Assembly (NCBI GenBank): GCA_964230645.1
Contig: CAXRHT010000002.1
Location: forward strand, 1,216,001 to 1,280,000
Source: Bdellovibrionales bacterium
GTDB lineage: Bacteria > Bdellovibrionota > Bdellovibrionia > Bdellovibrionales > JAGQZY01
Length of the DNA stretch: 64,000 nt
Reading direction: 5' to 3'
Under the pieces are notes generated by a model. That model searched no databases and was not told the DNA's origin. It was given only the letters and a program-made list of their open reading frames with translations. Positions 32,539 to 42,645 of this stretch are shown piece after piece (the stretch's first letter is position 1; each line of letters starts with the position of its first letter). The translations under genes were made by a program, and so were the position numbers.

Positions 32539-33144
32539 TTAGAGAAGACCATCCTGACACATCTCGATGGTCTTTTGATGATTCATATAATAGACATCCG
32601 CCTGCCCTGCCCGTAAAGAGATAAAACCAGAGACTCCAACAACAAATGTCGAATCAGTTGTACTCATCCCCCCTAGGCCAGCACAAACAAAACAGGCCAC
32701 ACAGTCCACACCAATCCTCGAGTGTCCGGCATTGGTTATCTCTGTCCAGGTTTTAAAATTAGGACAGTCGCCGCCACAATCACAGTCTTTATCATTGGCG
32801 GTGTTCCAGCAGTCATTGTCGTTGAAAGGCAAATTAACGTCCGTTCCGTCATTGGACCGGAAGCGATAAAACAAATCGCCAGTGGGTTGAAAACCCGTTT
32901 GAACAAGGTTTCCAGGATACACTCCGAACTCAGAACGTGTCGCTTGGGCGGCTGCGTAAAAAGAATTCATTAAAGCAAATCCTTCTTTTTGACGAGCACG
33001 AGCCTGAAAGCCCTCGTATGAGGGAACGGCAATCATCATCACGATCCCGATAATAGCAACTGTGATCATCATTTCAACCAGAGTAAAACCTTGCGAGTTC
33101 AGCGCTGGGAGTTTTGAATGTCGGCTAGAAATAGGTGTAAACAC
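32539..33144 (-). CDS. Type IV pilin-like protein, Cys-rich
   Basis: Class III signal G|FTLVEMMITVAIIG. Confidence 0.9.
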   Translation of the reverse strand: MFTPISSRHSKLPALNSQGFTLVEMMITVAIIGIVMMIAVPSYEGFQARARQKEGFALMNSFYAAAQATRSEFGVYPGNLVQTGFQPTGDLFYRFRSNDGTDVNLPFNDNDCWNTANDKDCDCGGDCPNFKTWTEITNAGHSRIGVDCVACFVCAGLGGMSTTDSTFVVGVSGFISLRAGQADVYYMNHQKTIEMCQDGLL

Positions 33145-33151
33145 TATTTAT

Positions 33152-33180
33152 CACATCGGAAAAGCCAATAGGAAACTTTA
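33152..33180 (-). promoter_or_regulatory. Putative sigma28 (FliA) promoter of the pilin gene
   Basis: Minus strand TAAAG-N16-CCGATGT, ending a few nt upstream of the GTG start. Confidence 0.55.
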
Positions 33181-33247
33181 AATACATCTCAATCTGAAAC
33201 AGATCCGAAAGGTCGAAAAACGAAATACTTTTTAAGTAAGCATTGAA

Positions 33248-33877
33248 CTAGCGGAGTCCATCCTGACAGTTCTCTATCGTTTTTAGCTCGTTCATATAAT
33301 AGACATCAGAGACTCCCGCTCTGAGAGAGATCACTCCAGACACCCCGACAACAAAACTACTATCATTTGTAACGAGGGTACCGAGGACAGCACATGGAAA
33401 ACAACCTACACAGGAGGTTCCAATCTGAGAGCCCCCACTAAACTTTTCCTCCCAGGTTTTATACCTTGGACAGGCCCCTCCACAATCGCAAATCTTGTCG
33501 GCCGCTGTATCAAAACAGGCATCATCATTGATCGGTAGTCCGATATTGGTCCCATCATTGGAGCGCAATCGATAATTCAATTCCCCTGCAGGCTGAAAGC
33601 CTGTCTGTATAAGATTGCCGGGAAAAACTCCAAATTCCGCACGTGTTGTGTGAGCCGCTACAAAAAAGGCATCCAAATGGGCAAAACCCTCTTTTTGACG
33701 AGCGCGCGCTTGAAACCCCTCAAAGGAGGGAACGGCGATCATCATAATAATTCCGATGATGGCCACAGTGATCATCATTTCAACGAGGGTAAATCCTTTC
33801 GAATTGCGAAAAAGAAAACTCTTAGATTGGGCCTGCTTGCAATGGCCCCACTTTATTTTATTTTGATTCACGCTCAC
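33248..33877 (-). CDS. Type IV pilin-like protein, Cys-rich (tandem paralogue)
   Basis: G|FTLVEMMITVAIIG; collinear with 32539..33144. Confidence 0.9.
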   Translation of the reverse strand: MSVNQNKIKWGHCKQAQSKSFLFRNSKGFTLVEMMITVAIIGIIMMIAVPSFEGFQARARQKEGFAHLDAFFVAAHTTRAEFGVFPGNLIQTGFQPAGELNYRLRSNDGTNIGLPINDDACFDTAADKICDCGGACPRYKTWEEKFSGGSQIGTSCVGCFPCAVLGTLVTNDSSFVVGVSGVISLRAGVSDVYYMNELKTIENCQDGLR

Positions 33878-33980
33878 CTCAACTCAACATCCAATCACGA
33901 ATGCAAAGCAGCTAAAGCAAAGCCCATTTTATCCCTAAAGCCTGAAATAGTCTCCTCTATTGTATCAATATCGGTCAGTA

Positions 33981-36560
33981 TTAGGTCTCAAACTTCAATC
34001 CTAGGTCATGGCCTAGGACTTTTATTTGACTTCCTTTTTGAATATCTCCTGCAAGAAGTTTTTTCGAAAGAACATTAACAATCTCTTTTTGAATGACTCG
34101 CTTAAGGGGGCGAGCTCCAAAAATAGGATCATAACCTTTATCGGCTAGATACTGAACGCCGGCTTCATCGATTTCAAGAGTGATGCCTTGGTCTTTTAGG
34201 CGAGCAAGGAATCGGTCCAATTGGATTTTAACAATGCCTTCGATGTTTTCCTGGCTCAACTTTTTAAACACCACTCGTTCATCAATACGATTGAGAAACT
34301 CGGGACGGAAAAAGTCCCCAAGGTTTTCATCAATCTTTTGCTCAATGTCTTTTTCGGTAAGCTTTTCATCCATTATAAACTCAGAACCTACATTGGATGT
34401 CATGATAATGATCGTGTTTTTGAAATCAACTGTTCTCCCCTGACCATCAGTCAGACGACCTTCGTCAAAAACCTGCAACAAAACGTTGAAAACATCGCGA
34501 TGAGCTTTTTCGACCTCATCAAGTAAAACTACACTATAAGGACGCCGCCTGACCGCTTCGGTGAGCTGCCCTCCCTCATCATAGCCAACATAGCCCGGAG
34601 GCGCTCCAATCAAACGGGAGACACTGTGTTTTTCCATATACTCACTCATGTCGATACGAACGATATTTTCTTCACTATCAAACATAAACTCAGCCAAAGC
34701 CTTCACCACTTCTGTCTTTCCAACGCCTGTTGGTCCGAGAAAAAGAAAAGCTCCAATGGGTTTATTGGGGTCAGAGAGTGCCGAGCGAGATCTGCGAATG
34801 GCATCAGAAACAACCTCTAGGGCATGATCCTGTCCAATGACCCGCTGTTTGAGAAGCTCTTCCATATTAAGAAGCTTTTCTGATTCACTTTTTATCATCT
34901 TTTCAACAGGTATTCCCGTCCATGTGGAAACCACATGGGAGATGAGTTCAGGATCAACAATCTCTCGAAGTAAGCGGTTGTCATTGTCTTCTTTTTCAAC
35001 GTTGGCTTCATCAAGACTTTGCTTTTCTTTTTCTAAATTTGGAAGCTCTCCGTATTTGAGCTGTGCGGCCCTCTCTAGATCTCCTTCCCTTTCGGCTCTT
35101 TCAATTTGAGCTTTCGTTTCTTCAATTCTCTGTTTGACCTCTTTGAGCCCATCAATACTTTGACGTTCTTTTTTCCATTGGGTTTCAAGCTCATTCAACT
35201 GCTCTTTGAGAGAACTGATTTCTGATTCAATCTTTTCCAATCTTTCTGGCTGGTCCCCTTCATTTTTGAGGGCCTTTTCCTCAATTTGCAACTGCATGAT
35301 CTTTCTTTGCACCTGATCAATTTCAGCAGGAACACTTTTAATTTCCATACTGAGTTTACTAGCGGCCTCATCGACCAAATCAATGGCTTTGTCCGGAAGA
35401 AAACGATTGGCTATATAGCGATCAGAAAGTTGAGCGGCAGCTATCAGTGCGCTATCGGTGATTCTTACGCCATGATGGACTTCGTATTTTTCTTTGAGTC
35501 CTCGTAGGATCGTCACCGTGTCTTCTACGGTGGGCTCGCCCACAAAAACTGTTTGAAAACGTCTCTCTAAGGCTTTGTCTTTTTCAATATACTCGCGGTA
35601 CTCATCAAGCGTGGTCGCACCAATACAACGCAACTCCCCTCGGGCAAGAGCTGGTTTGAGCAACTGGCCAGCATCCATGGCACCGTCAGTTTTGCCCGCG
35701 CCAACAAGAGTGTGAAGCTCATCGATGAATAGAATAATCTGCCCATTGCTTTTTCCCACTTCAGCAATGACTCCTTTGAGGCGCTCTTCAAACTCCCCGC
35801 GATACTTTGCTCCCGCAACAAGTGCTCCCATATCAAGGCTGAGGATTTTTTTATCGTTTAAAACCTCAGGAACATCTTTACTGATAATCCGTAAGGCCAA
35901 TCCTTCGGCGATGGCTGTCTTACCCACTCCAGGCTCTCCGATGAGAACCGGATTATTTTTCTTTCTACGAGCCAGCACTTGGATGGTGCGACGAATTTCA
36001 TTGTTGCGTCCAATTACAGGATCCAAACTTCCTTGCGCGGCAAGATCGGTAAGATCCCGCGTATACTTTTCTAATACTTTGTACTGGCTGTCCGGATCTT
36101 CTGAATCAATCGTCTCGCCACCACGGATTTCACGGTAGGCTTGATCTAATTTCTTTTCATCAAGACCGGCTGTCTTATATATATTGTTTAACTCTTTATC
36201 GCCAAGCTTCAGAGAACAGATCACAAAATGCTCTACGGAAATAAATTGATCTCCAAGATCCCCTGCAAAGTTTTCAGCTAACTTGAAAAGCCTTTGTAAA
36301 CGTGGACTGGCCATTAAATTATTGTCACCGGAGGTCACCTTGGGAAGTGAGGAGAGTCGATCCTTCAGAGCCTTTGCCAGAATGGTTGTTTGAACATTGA
36401 CGGCTTTAAGCATATCCATCACGCGATGAGTGGGTGTGGCAAAAATCTCCGCCAATAAATGCTCGGGCTCAACAGAAGGGTGCTTCATGGATTCGGCCGT
36501 TTTGGCCGCTTTTTGCATGGCTTGCTTTGCTGGAACTGTCATTTTTTCTATATCGTTCAT
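33981..36560 (-). CDS. clpB: ATP-dependent chaperone ClpB
   Basis: Two AAA+ modules ([16 protein letters not shown]) and a coiled-coil middle domain. Start moved to ATG 36560, which has a GAGGAG RBS. Confidence 0.96.
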   Translation of the reverse strand: MNDIEKMTVPAKQAMQKAAKTAESMKHPSVEPEHLLAEIFATPTHRVMDMLKAVNVQTTILAKALKDRLSSLPKVTSGDNNLMASPRLQRLFKLAENFAGDLGDQFISVEHFVICSLKLGDKELNNIYKTAGLDEKKLDQAYREIRGGETIDSEDPDSQYKVLEKYTRDLTDLAAQGSLDPVIGRNNEIRRTIQVLARRKKNNPVLIGEPGVGKTAIAEGLALRIISKDVPEVLNDKKILSLDMGALVAGAKYRGEFEERLKGVIAEVGKSNGQIILFIDELHTLVGAGKTDGAMDAGQLLKPALARGELRCIGATTLDEYREYIEKDKALERRFQTVFVGEPTVEDTVTILRGLKEKYEVHHGVRITDSALIAAAQLSDRYIANRFLPDKAIDLVDEAASKLSMEIKSVPAEIDQVQRKIMQLQIEEKALKNEGDQPERLEKIESEISSLKEQLNELETQWKKERQSIDGLKEVKQRIEETKAQIERAEREGDLERAAQLKYGELPNLEKEKQSLDEANVEKEDNDNRLLREIVDPELISHVVSTWTGIPVEKMIKSESEKLLNMEELLKQRVIGQDHALEVVSDAIRRSRSALSDPNKPIGAFLFLGPTGVGKTEVVKALAEFMFDSEENIVRIDMSEYMEKHSVSRLIGAPPGYVGYDEGGQLTEAVRRRPYSVVLLDEVEKAHRDVFNVLLQVFDEGRLTDGQGRTVDFKNTIIIMTSNVGSEFIMDEKLTEKDIEQKIDENLGDFFRPEFLNRIDERVVFKKLSQENIEGIVKIQLDRFLARLKDQGITLEIDEAGVQYLADKGYDPIFGARPLKRVIQKEIVNVLSKKLLAGDIQKGSQIKVLGHDLGLKFET

Positions 36561-36627
36561 AATCTCCTCAAATGGGTTTACTCCACTACCCTCTTTCATT
36601 AAGATGGGGCCGAATCGGGAGTTGTCA

Positions 36628-36885
36628 ATGTCCAACAAAGCACTGAATCCACGCGCCTTTACCCCTAAACGGATCCGCAGAAGTATCAAATTGGACCGGG
36701 TTCAGGCGAGTGATTTTCTCAATTATGATATGATTTTCTGCTGCGAACAATGTTCCTTTTATAATGAAGACGACAAGGAATGCATGATGGGATTTCGTCC
36801 CGAGAACCATTTACGGGAGCAGCAGTTAAAAACCTTTACCACCAATGGTCATATGGCCTTCTGCCGTTTTCTTGAAATCGAATAG
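36628..36885 (+). CDS. Small Cys-rich hypothetical protein (possible metal binding)
   Basis: GGGAG RBS and ATG 36628; CCEQC...C...FCRFLEIE; divergent from clpB. Confidence 0.7.
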   Translation: MSNKALNPRAFTPKRIRRSIKLDRVQASDFLNYDMIFCCEQCSFYNEDDKECMMGFRPENHLREQQLKTFTTNGHMAFCRFLEIE

Positions 36886-36901
36886 TTAGTACCTAATATA
36901 T

Positions 36902-37801
36902 ATGATGAACGAAACTCTTCTTGGTCTTTTATTTCTCGCACTCGTTATTATTCTTCTCGCCCTTATCTTTCACTTACGGGCGGAAAAGGAAGTTAGCGAA
37001 AAAGAGATCGAGGGAAAATATTTTGACTCTCCTTGTGGCCCCCTCTTTTACCAAACCCATGGTAAAAAGGGACCCTGGATTCTTATGGTTCACGGCATTG
37101 GCTCCTCGACTTACTGCTGGCGAAACATTGTTCCCGAGTTCAAAGATAACTATAGAATTTTGACAGTGGACCTTTGGGGCTTTGGTTATAGCAGTAAAGA
37201 CCTCTCCACTCCTATGTCTTTGGATGAACAAGTAAACCTGTTAAAAGCTCTAATCACTTATCTTAATATTGCTAACTATTATTATGTGGGTCACTCTTTG
37301 GGGGGTGAAATAGGGCTATGGCTTGCACTCAAGGATCAAAGAATGGAGAAATGTATCGCCATAACCCCATCGGCTCACCCGAAACTGGTCTCTAATATAG
37401 TCAAAAAATTCACTTGGGTGGCGAAGTGGACCCCAGTATGGCTGAGCAAGAAAACAATCCATCGCCTTTTAATGAACCTGATCCGCGAGAAATCCTTAAT
37501 CGATGAAGAAATGATCGAATCCTATTATAGGCCCTACCAGGAGGCTTCGGCCCATCTGAGTTTTGCTGCCGCCTTAAATATTATTAGTGATCCCAGGGTT
37601 TTTAATAGCCTTCATAAAGTTCCTAAAGGAACAGTGATGCTTTGGGGAAAGACAGATCAAGTGATTCCAAAGAGGATCGCTCAAAAAATCCAATCCAAAA
37701 CACCTCAAGTTGAGCATTTTACCCATCCAACAGCGGGTCACCTTCCCACCGAAGACGATTATCCATGGGTTGTCGCCCATCTAAAAGCCCAGCTCAAATA
37801 A
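36902..37801 (+). CDS. Alpha/beta fold hydrolase, N-terminal membrane anchor
   Basis: VHG, DLWGFGYS, GHSLG, WGKTD, GH triad motifs. Confidence 0.88.
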   Translation: MMNETLLGLLFLALVIILLALIFHLRAEKEVSEKEIEGKYFDSPCGPLFYQTHGKKGPWILMVHGIGSSTYCWRNIVPEFKDNYRILTVDLWGFGYSSKDLSTPMSLDEQVNLLKALITYLNIANYYYVGHSLGGEIGLWLALKDQRMEKCIAITPSAHPKLVSNIVKKFTWVAKWTPVWLSKKTIHRLLMNLIREKSLIDEEMIESYYRPYQEASAHLSFAAALNIISDPRVFNSLHKVPKGTVMLWGKTDQVIPKRIAQKIQSKTPQVEHFTHPTAGHLPTEDDYPWVVAHLKAQLK

Positions 37802-38020
37802 CAAAACTTCCGCTCCAGGCGAAAGTTTTGTAATCTTTTTGTCACTTTCTCTCTGGACTTTCTTATTGATTTTAGGACGACTGTCCTAAGACGTGAATCC
37901 AGTTTTACCCCTATAGGTCTGAAAACCAGACTGTCGTCTCGTCAAGAGACTGACAGAAACCCCGATGGGTGTTTTGTCCAGTTTGGAAACTTTTAAAACA
38001 AAAAAACGGGAGGAAACATT

Positions 38021-38854
38021 ATGTCCATGCGAGTAGCGACAAACCTATCAGCCATTAACGCACAGCGAACGATGGCAAATAATAACAGAAACATTGCTAA
38101 CAGCTATGAGAAACTTTCTAGCGGTAGCCGAATTAACAAAGCGGCCGACGATGCCGCAGGTCTTGCGATCTCTGAAGGATTGAACGCTCAAATTCGTTCA
38201 GCTCGTCAGGCGAAAAGAAACTCAGAAGATGGAATCTCTTTGATTCAAACCGCTGAGGGTGGATTGGCCGAAATCGGTAACATGATCACACGCCTTAGAG
38301 AGTTAGGAATCCAAGCGGCTTCTGACACTGTTGGTTCTGAAGAAAGAAAGTTCATCAACGCTGAAGTAGATCAGCTAAAAGATGAAATGCAGCGTATCGC
38401 TGAAACAACGAAATGGGGAACAACCAATCTTCTTGACGGTTCAACACCTGTTTTTGACTTCCAGGTCGGTATTTTTAACAGCGATTCTGCTGACAGAATC
38501 AGTTTTGATTCCTCTGGAAACGTAGCCACCATTGATGCTCTTGGGCTTTCTGGCCTAGATTTCACTGACAAAGTGGGAGCTCAAGGAGGTCTTGAAGAGC
38601 TAGATGCGGCTCAAAACGAAGTAAACCGTATTCGAGCCAATATGGGTGCTCTACAGAACCGATTAACAAACACGGTTTCCAACCTAGGAACCATGCATGA
38701 GAACCTTTCTGCGGCCAACAGTCGTATTCGTGACACAGACGTGGCGGAAGTCTCTGCAGAACTGACTAAAAATCAAATTTTAATGCAGGCAAGTACGGCA
38801 ACACTCGCGCAAGCGAACCAGAAGAACAGCTTAGCATTACAACTACTTGGTTAA
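38021..38854 (+). CDS. fliC: Flagellin (short, 277 aa)
   Basis: KLSSGSRINKAADDAAGLAIS and SRIRDTDVA conserved termini. Confidence 0.97.
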   Translation: MSMRVATNLSAINAQRTMANNNRNIANSYEKLSSGSRINKAADDAAGLAISEGLNAQIRSARQAKRNSEDGISLIQTAEGGLAEIGNMITRLRELGIQAASDTVGSEERKFINAEVDQLKDEMQRIAETTKWGTTNLLDGSTPVFDFQVGIFNSDSADRISFDSSGNVATIDALGLSGLDFTDKVGAQGGLEELDAAQNEVNRIRANMGALQNRLTNTVSNLGTMHENLSAANSRIRDTDVAEVSAELTKNQILMQASTATLAQANQKNSLALQLLG

Positions 38855-38858
38855 ACTT

Positions 38859-38920
38859 AAATGCCCGTTTTTCAGGGGGAGGACGTCCATCCTCCTCCTG
38901 TTTTTTAACAGGCATTTTTC
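38859..38920 (+). terminator. Terminator after fliC
   Basis: CAGGGGGAGGA...TCCTCCTCCTG plus T-tract, nested in an outer AAATGCC...GGCATTT stem. Confidence 0.7.
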
Positions 38921-39061
38921 CTTTTATCCCCTATCCAGGGCCTTTCAAATGACTGATTCTCTCTTCTGAGGTTGGTGCGTTAATTCCCTTTTTTTTTGAC
39001 AATTCTCCGAGCCTATCGAAAATATCCATTGTCTATATAGAAAATCGAGGGAGTTCATCCT

Positions 39062-39913
39062 ATGGCAAAGAGAAAGAAGAAAGTGACTAAAAAGAAGGCA
39101 TCCCGCAAGAAAGTCACCAAAAAGAAGTCCGCCCGTAAAAAGGCCACAAAAAAGAAAACTAAGAAGAAAAGCAAAAAGAAAGCTTCGGTGAGTAAAAAGA
39201 ATAAGGCTTCAAAAAAGAAGACCACTCGTAAAAAAACGAAGAAAAAGGCCACTTCTAAAAAGAAGAAAAAAGCGACCAAGAAAAAGAAGAGCGCTAAAAA
39301 GGCCACCAAAAAGAAAACGAAGAAAAAGAAAAAAAAGGCCACAAAGAAAAAGGCGGCTAAAAAAGTAAAAAAGAAAGCCACCAAAAAGAAAAAGAAGAAG
39401 GCTTCCAAAAAGAAAGTCGCTAAGAAAAAAGCGATAAAAAAGAAGACCACTAAAAAAAAGGTCTCCAAGAAAAAAACCACTAAAAAGAAGGCTGTAAAAA
39501 AAGCGCCTAAAAAGGCTCAGCCAAAACCAGAAGAAAAGAAGGAAATTGCTCAGGCCAATGACGAAGCCTCCAAGGCTTTAACAAAACCTGAGGTTCCTTC
39601 GTTTGAAGACATTGTTTCATCCAAAGATGATGGTAAGCCTGTCGTTGCTGGCAACCCCTTCAAGGTGGAAGAATCAAAAGGCTCTCAAGGATCCTTCTTT
39701 GATGATGAAGATGATCTTGATAATGACATGGAAGAGCTTCGCGGAGATATGGATAGCCTGGGTGCTGTTGAAGACAGTGAAGACTATGAGGATATCGATG
39801 AAGATGATAATGAAGACGATGATCTTTTCGATGATCCCGAATTAAACCCATTTGATGATCTGGACGATGAGCCCGATTATGACGATGATGACGACGATGG
39901 AAGTTATTTCTAA
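39062..39913 (+). CDS. Histone H1-like Lys-rich protein with acidic C-terminal tail
   Basis: GAGGAG RBS; TTGACA at 38996; about 150 aa of KKATKKK-type repeats, then an Asp/Glu-rich tail; own terminator. Confidence 0.85.
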   Translation: MAKRKKKVTKKKASRKKVTKKKSARKKATKKKTKKKSKKKASVSKKNKASKKKTTRKKTKKKATSKKKKKATKKKKSAKKATKKKTKKKKKKATKKKAAKKVKKKATKKKKKKASKKKVAKKKAIKKKTTKKKVSKKKTTKKKAVKKAPKKAQPKPEEKKEIAQANDEASKALTKPEVPSFEDIVSSKDDGKPVVAGNPFKVEESKGSQGSFFDDEDDLDNDMEELRGDMDSLGAVEDSEDYEDIDEDDNEDDDLFDDPELNPFDDLDDEPDYDDDDDDGSYF

Positions 39914-39917
39914 GTCC

Positions 39918-39949
39918 AAAAAGCCTACCCTTCGGTAGGCTTTTTTTTT
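39918..39949 (+). terminator. Intrinsic terminator
   Basis: AAAAAGCCTACC CTTC GGTAGGCTTTTTTTTT. Confidence 0.85.
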
Positions 39950-39962
39950 GAAAGATATCCCT

Positions 39963-40634
39963 ATGAAAGCACAAGGAAAAAACCTTTGGACCCTTCAATG
40001 CTCCCAGAAAGTCATGGGGGTGGATCTTGGAGCCCGAATGACTCTTGTTCGAGATGACAACGACGAGAGTTTACTGGCACACTCCCCCATCCCCCTTGAG
40101 CCTGAGCAAATTGAAAAAATAGCTAATCTGGGTGAGGTAAAATGGATTGTCGCTCCTAACAAGTTTCATCATCTCTATATCAAAGAATTTCAAAATTATT
40201 TTAAAAACAGTCAATTGTATTTGGCCCCTGGCCTGAAAGAAAAAAGAGAGGACCTCAAAGAGGGAATCGATATTCTTGTTGATAAGACCTATCCCTGGTC
40301 CACTTTCTTAGACTTCCATATTGTTGAGGGCGCTCCCCTTATGAACGAGGTCGTTTTTTATCACAAAACTTCTCGCTCTTTGATCGTGACCGATTTAGGA
40401 CTCAATATTGGCCCTAATAGCCCCCTTAAAACCAAAATCTTCGCAAAAATATTTTTGACCTACAATCAGTTTGGGTGGTCGAAGCTTGAGAAAAAACTTT
40501 TGATTAAGGACAATAAACTCTTTAAAGAGTCGATGGAAAAGATCACGTCTTGGGACTTTGAACAAATCATTCTCCCTCATGGAAATGTGGTGAATCACAA
40601 AGCTCACGAAAAATTTGTCCAAGCCTTTTTATAG
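39963..40634 (+). CDS. DUF4336-like protein (metallo-beta-lactamase-like fold)
   Basis: RMT, HSP, IVAPNKFHHLY, EVVFYH..SRSLIVTDL, WDFEQIILPHG. Confidence 0.75.
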   Translation: MKAQGKNLWTLQCSQKVMGVDLGARMTLVRDDNDESLLAHSPIPLEPEQIEKIANLGEVKWIVAPNKFHHLYIKEFQNYFKNSQLYLAPGLKEKREDLKEGIDILVDKTYPWSTFLDFHIVEGAPLMNEVVFYHKTSRSLIVTDLGLNIGPNSPLKTKIFAKIFLTYNQFGWSKLEKKLLIKDNKLFKESMEKITSWDFEQIILPHGNVVNHKAHEKFVQAFL

Positions 40635-40665
40635 CAATCTCTTTTTATTATATTAACTGAATTGG

Positions 40666-41496
40666 CTATTCGGGCTCTGATAACCCAAGGCCTGGAGCAT
40701 ACTCCAATACGGCTCCAATACCATAGGCAGCATAAGTCTGGCGAAGTTCCGAATAGATCTCCGAGGTAGAAAGGTTGGCACTAGAATCTGCTTTTGAATG
40801 ATTGATGAAATAGATCCATCGGCGACGAACTAAGTACAGCTCTCGGTCCATTCGTCGATCATATTCTATCTGTTCTGAGCTGCCTAAATACTGATAAGGT
40901 GTTTCTCCTTGAAAGCCTGGAAAAAGGCGCACTTTTTCTTCAGTCCCCTCGAACAATCGATGTTTGTAGGCTCCCGAAGGATCAACCACCACTCCAAACA
41001 CTCGTGTTTGTCCAAGCTCCTTCCTGTTTAAAATTTGCTGTAATACATAAGGGGCAGCAAGGTCGTCACGACTGGGGGGATTGGTTATCTTATTATCGAT
41101 ATCAATAAAGTCTATAAGGGGTTGTCCCTTTTTAAACACCTCTTGGTCCTCGGCAATTTGTGCTAAGACCGTTTTACGGGGATGGGTATGAGCCACGATT
41201 AGAAGCGCTTGGCCAGCGTTTCCACCCATATCTTTTAAATAATTCTCAAAAATGGAAACAAGGTGGTTGCCCGATAAACTAACCCTAGCCTCACTTGTGG
41301 ATTTGGGTGTTGGGAAAAACCACCGGCTATTCTCCTCGCCGACTTTTATGTAAAGAGCAAAAGTTTCTTTGGAATCTGTAAGTGAGGCCTGCTGCAACCG
41401 ACTTAAACCCTGCCTCCAAGACAAGCTCGATTCGTTTGCTTGAACAAGATATCCTTGCAAGAGCACACAACAGATCAAAAATAGTTTTCTTGGCAT
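40666..41496 (-). CDS. Secreted protein with JAB/MPN-like motif
   Basis: Signal peptide; E...VAHTHP...PPSRDD. Confidence 0.65.
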   Translation of the reverse strand: MPRKLFLICCVLLQGYLVQANESSLSWRQGLSRLQQASLTDSKETFALYIKVGEENSRWFFPTPKSTSEARVSLSGNHLVSIFENYLKDMGGNAGQALLIVAHTHPRKTVLAQIAEDQEVFKKGQPLIDFIDIDNKITNPPSRDDLAAPYVLQQILNRKELGQTRVFGVVVDPSGAYKHRLFEGTEEKVRLFPGFQGETPYQYLGSSEQIEYDRRMDRELYLVRRRWIYFINHSKADSSANLSTSEIYSELRQTYAAYGIGAVLEYAPGLGLSEPE

Positions 41497-41515
41497 ATGT
41501 TCCCGTGGGTTAAAA

Positions 41516-41544
41516 TAAAACCCACATCAATGGATGTGGGTTTA
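41516..41544 (-). terminator. Intrinsic terminator after the sigma54 activator
   Basis: AAACCCACATC AATG GATGTGGGTTT. Confidence 0.7.
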
Positions 41545-41585
41545 GAAAGCTCAAAGGCTTTTTAAAAATGATAAACCTTAAAATA

Positions 41586-42620
41586 TTAGGCTTTTTTAGG
41601 TTTGCTATGAATAGCGAACTTTTCAAACTCTCCGTACTCATGCAACTTGTTATAAAGGGTCTTAATGGTAATTCCCAGTGCATTAGCTGCTTGAGTTTTG
41701 TTTCCTTCGAAATAGTTCAGCGCTTTAATGATGTGGCGCTTTTCTAGCTCATAAAGAGTCATTGAAGGATCGTACTCGTCCATGGAAATTCTGTTTTCAG
41801 GATTTACGATGGAGTTTGGTAGATCACTGGCAAGAATGACTTCGCCATCAGCAAGAATTTGTAACCTTTCACAAAGGTTTTGCAACTCACGAATATTACC
41901 TGGCCAATCATATTTCATTATGATGGACATAGCTTCTTCACTCATTTTGCGACCACGATTGAGAATACGGCTGGTGTTCTTAGATAAGAAGTGCTCCACA
42001 AGTAAGGGAATATCTTCTTTTCTTCTTCTTAGGGGCGGTGAGTGAACTGTGATGGTATTGATTCGATAATAAAGGTCTTCTCTGAATGTTCCCTTCATCA
42101 CTTCAGCATCTAACTCCCGGTTAGTCGCCGAGATTAAGCGAATATCGACTTTAATGGGCTCTTTTCCACCCACTCGGTAAACTTCACCTTCTTGGATAAA
42201 ACGAAGAAGCTTGGCCTGCATACCAGGACTTAGTTCTCCAATTTCATCAAGAAAAAGGGTTCCTCCGGAGGCCATTTCGGCCAGACCGATTTTTTTAGAG
42301 TAAGCACCTGTAAAGGCTCCTTTCTCATGTCCAAATAGTTCACTTTCTAGAAGAGTTTCTCTGAGGGCTCCACAGTTGATTGCCACAAAGGGCTTGTCTC
42401 GACGCTGACTTTTAGAGTGAATGGCATGGGCTAAAAGCTCTTTTCCGGTTCCGCTTTCACCTAAAACAAGGACGGAAGCATTACTCGGGGCCACCCGGTC
42501 AACCATCCTCATGACCTGTTTCATCAGGTCCGATTTGTGAATAACTTTATTTCCCGCTAAAATGGGATTCGAGGCGCCACCAGTTATTTGCTGACCGCCT
42601 GGAAAAGTTGAATTTGACAT
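41586..42620 (-). CDS. Sigma54-dependent activator (AAA+ and Fis HTH, no N-terminal sensory domain)
   Basis: [36 protein letters not shown] 42620 follows GAGGTGG. Confidence 0.92.
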   Translation of the reverse strand: MSNSTFPGGQQITGGASNPILAGNKVIHKSDLMKQVMRMVDRVAPSNASVLVLGESGTGKELLAHAIHSKSQRRDKPFVAINCGALRETLLESELFGHEKGAFTGAYSKKIGLAEMASGGTLFLDEIGELSPGMQAKLLRFIQEGEVYRVGGKEPIKVDIRLISATNRELDAEVMKGTFREDLYYRINTITVHSPPLRRRKEDIPLLVEHFLSKNTSRILNRGRKMSEEAMSIIMKYDWPGNIRELQNLCERLQILADGEVILASDLPNSIVNPENRISMDEYDPSMTLYELEKRHIIKALNYFEGNKTQAANALGITIKTLYNKLHEYGEFEKFAIHSKPKKA

Positions 42621-42645
42621 ACGTTCCACCTCATTTGTTTTATTA

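Noticed and set aside
36561..36689. N-terminal extension of ClpB, and a CIRCE element
   Set aside because: A strong RBS supports ATG 36560, the extension would overlap the divergent gene at 36628, and there is no TTAGCACTC-N9-GAGTGCTAA match.
37868..38020. c-di-GMP-I riboswitch upstream of fliC
   Set aside because: I could not find the expected GGCAAA...GAAA...GACGCAAA core; kept only as an unassigned structured leader.
39055..39480. Phe-rich 141-aa 'membrane protein' on the minus strand
   Set aside because: Antisense shadow of the Lys codons in 39062..39913, which has the RBS and terminator.
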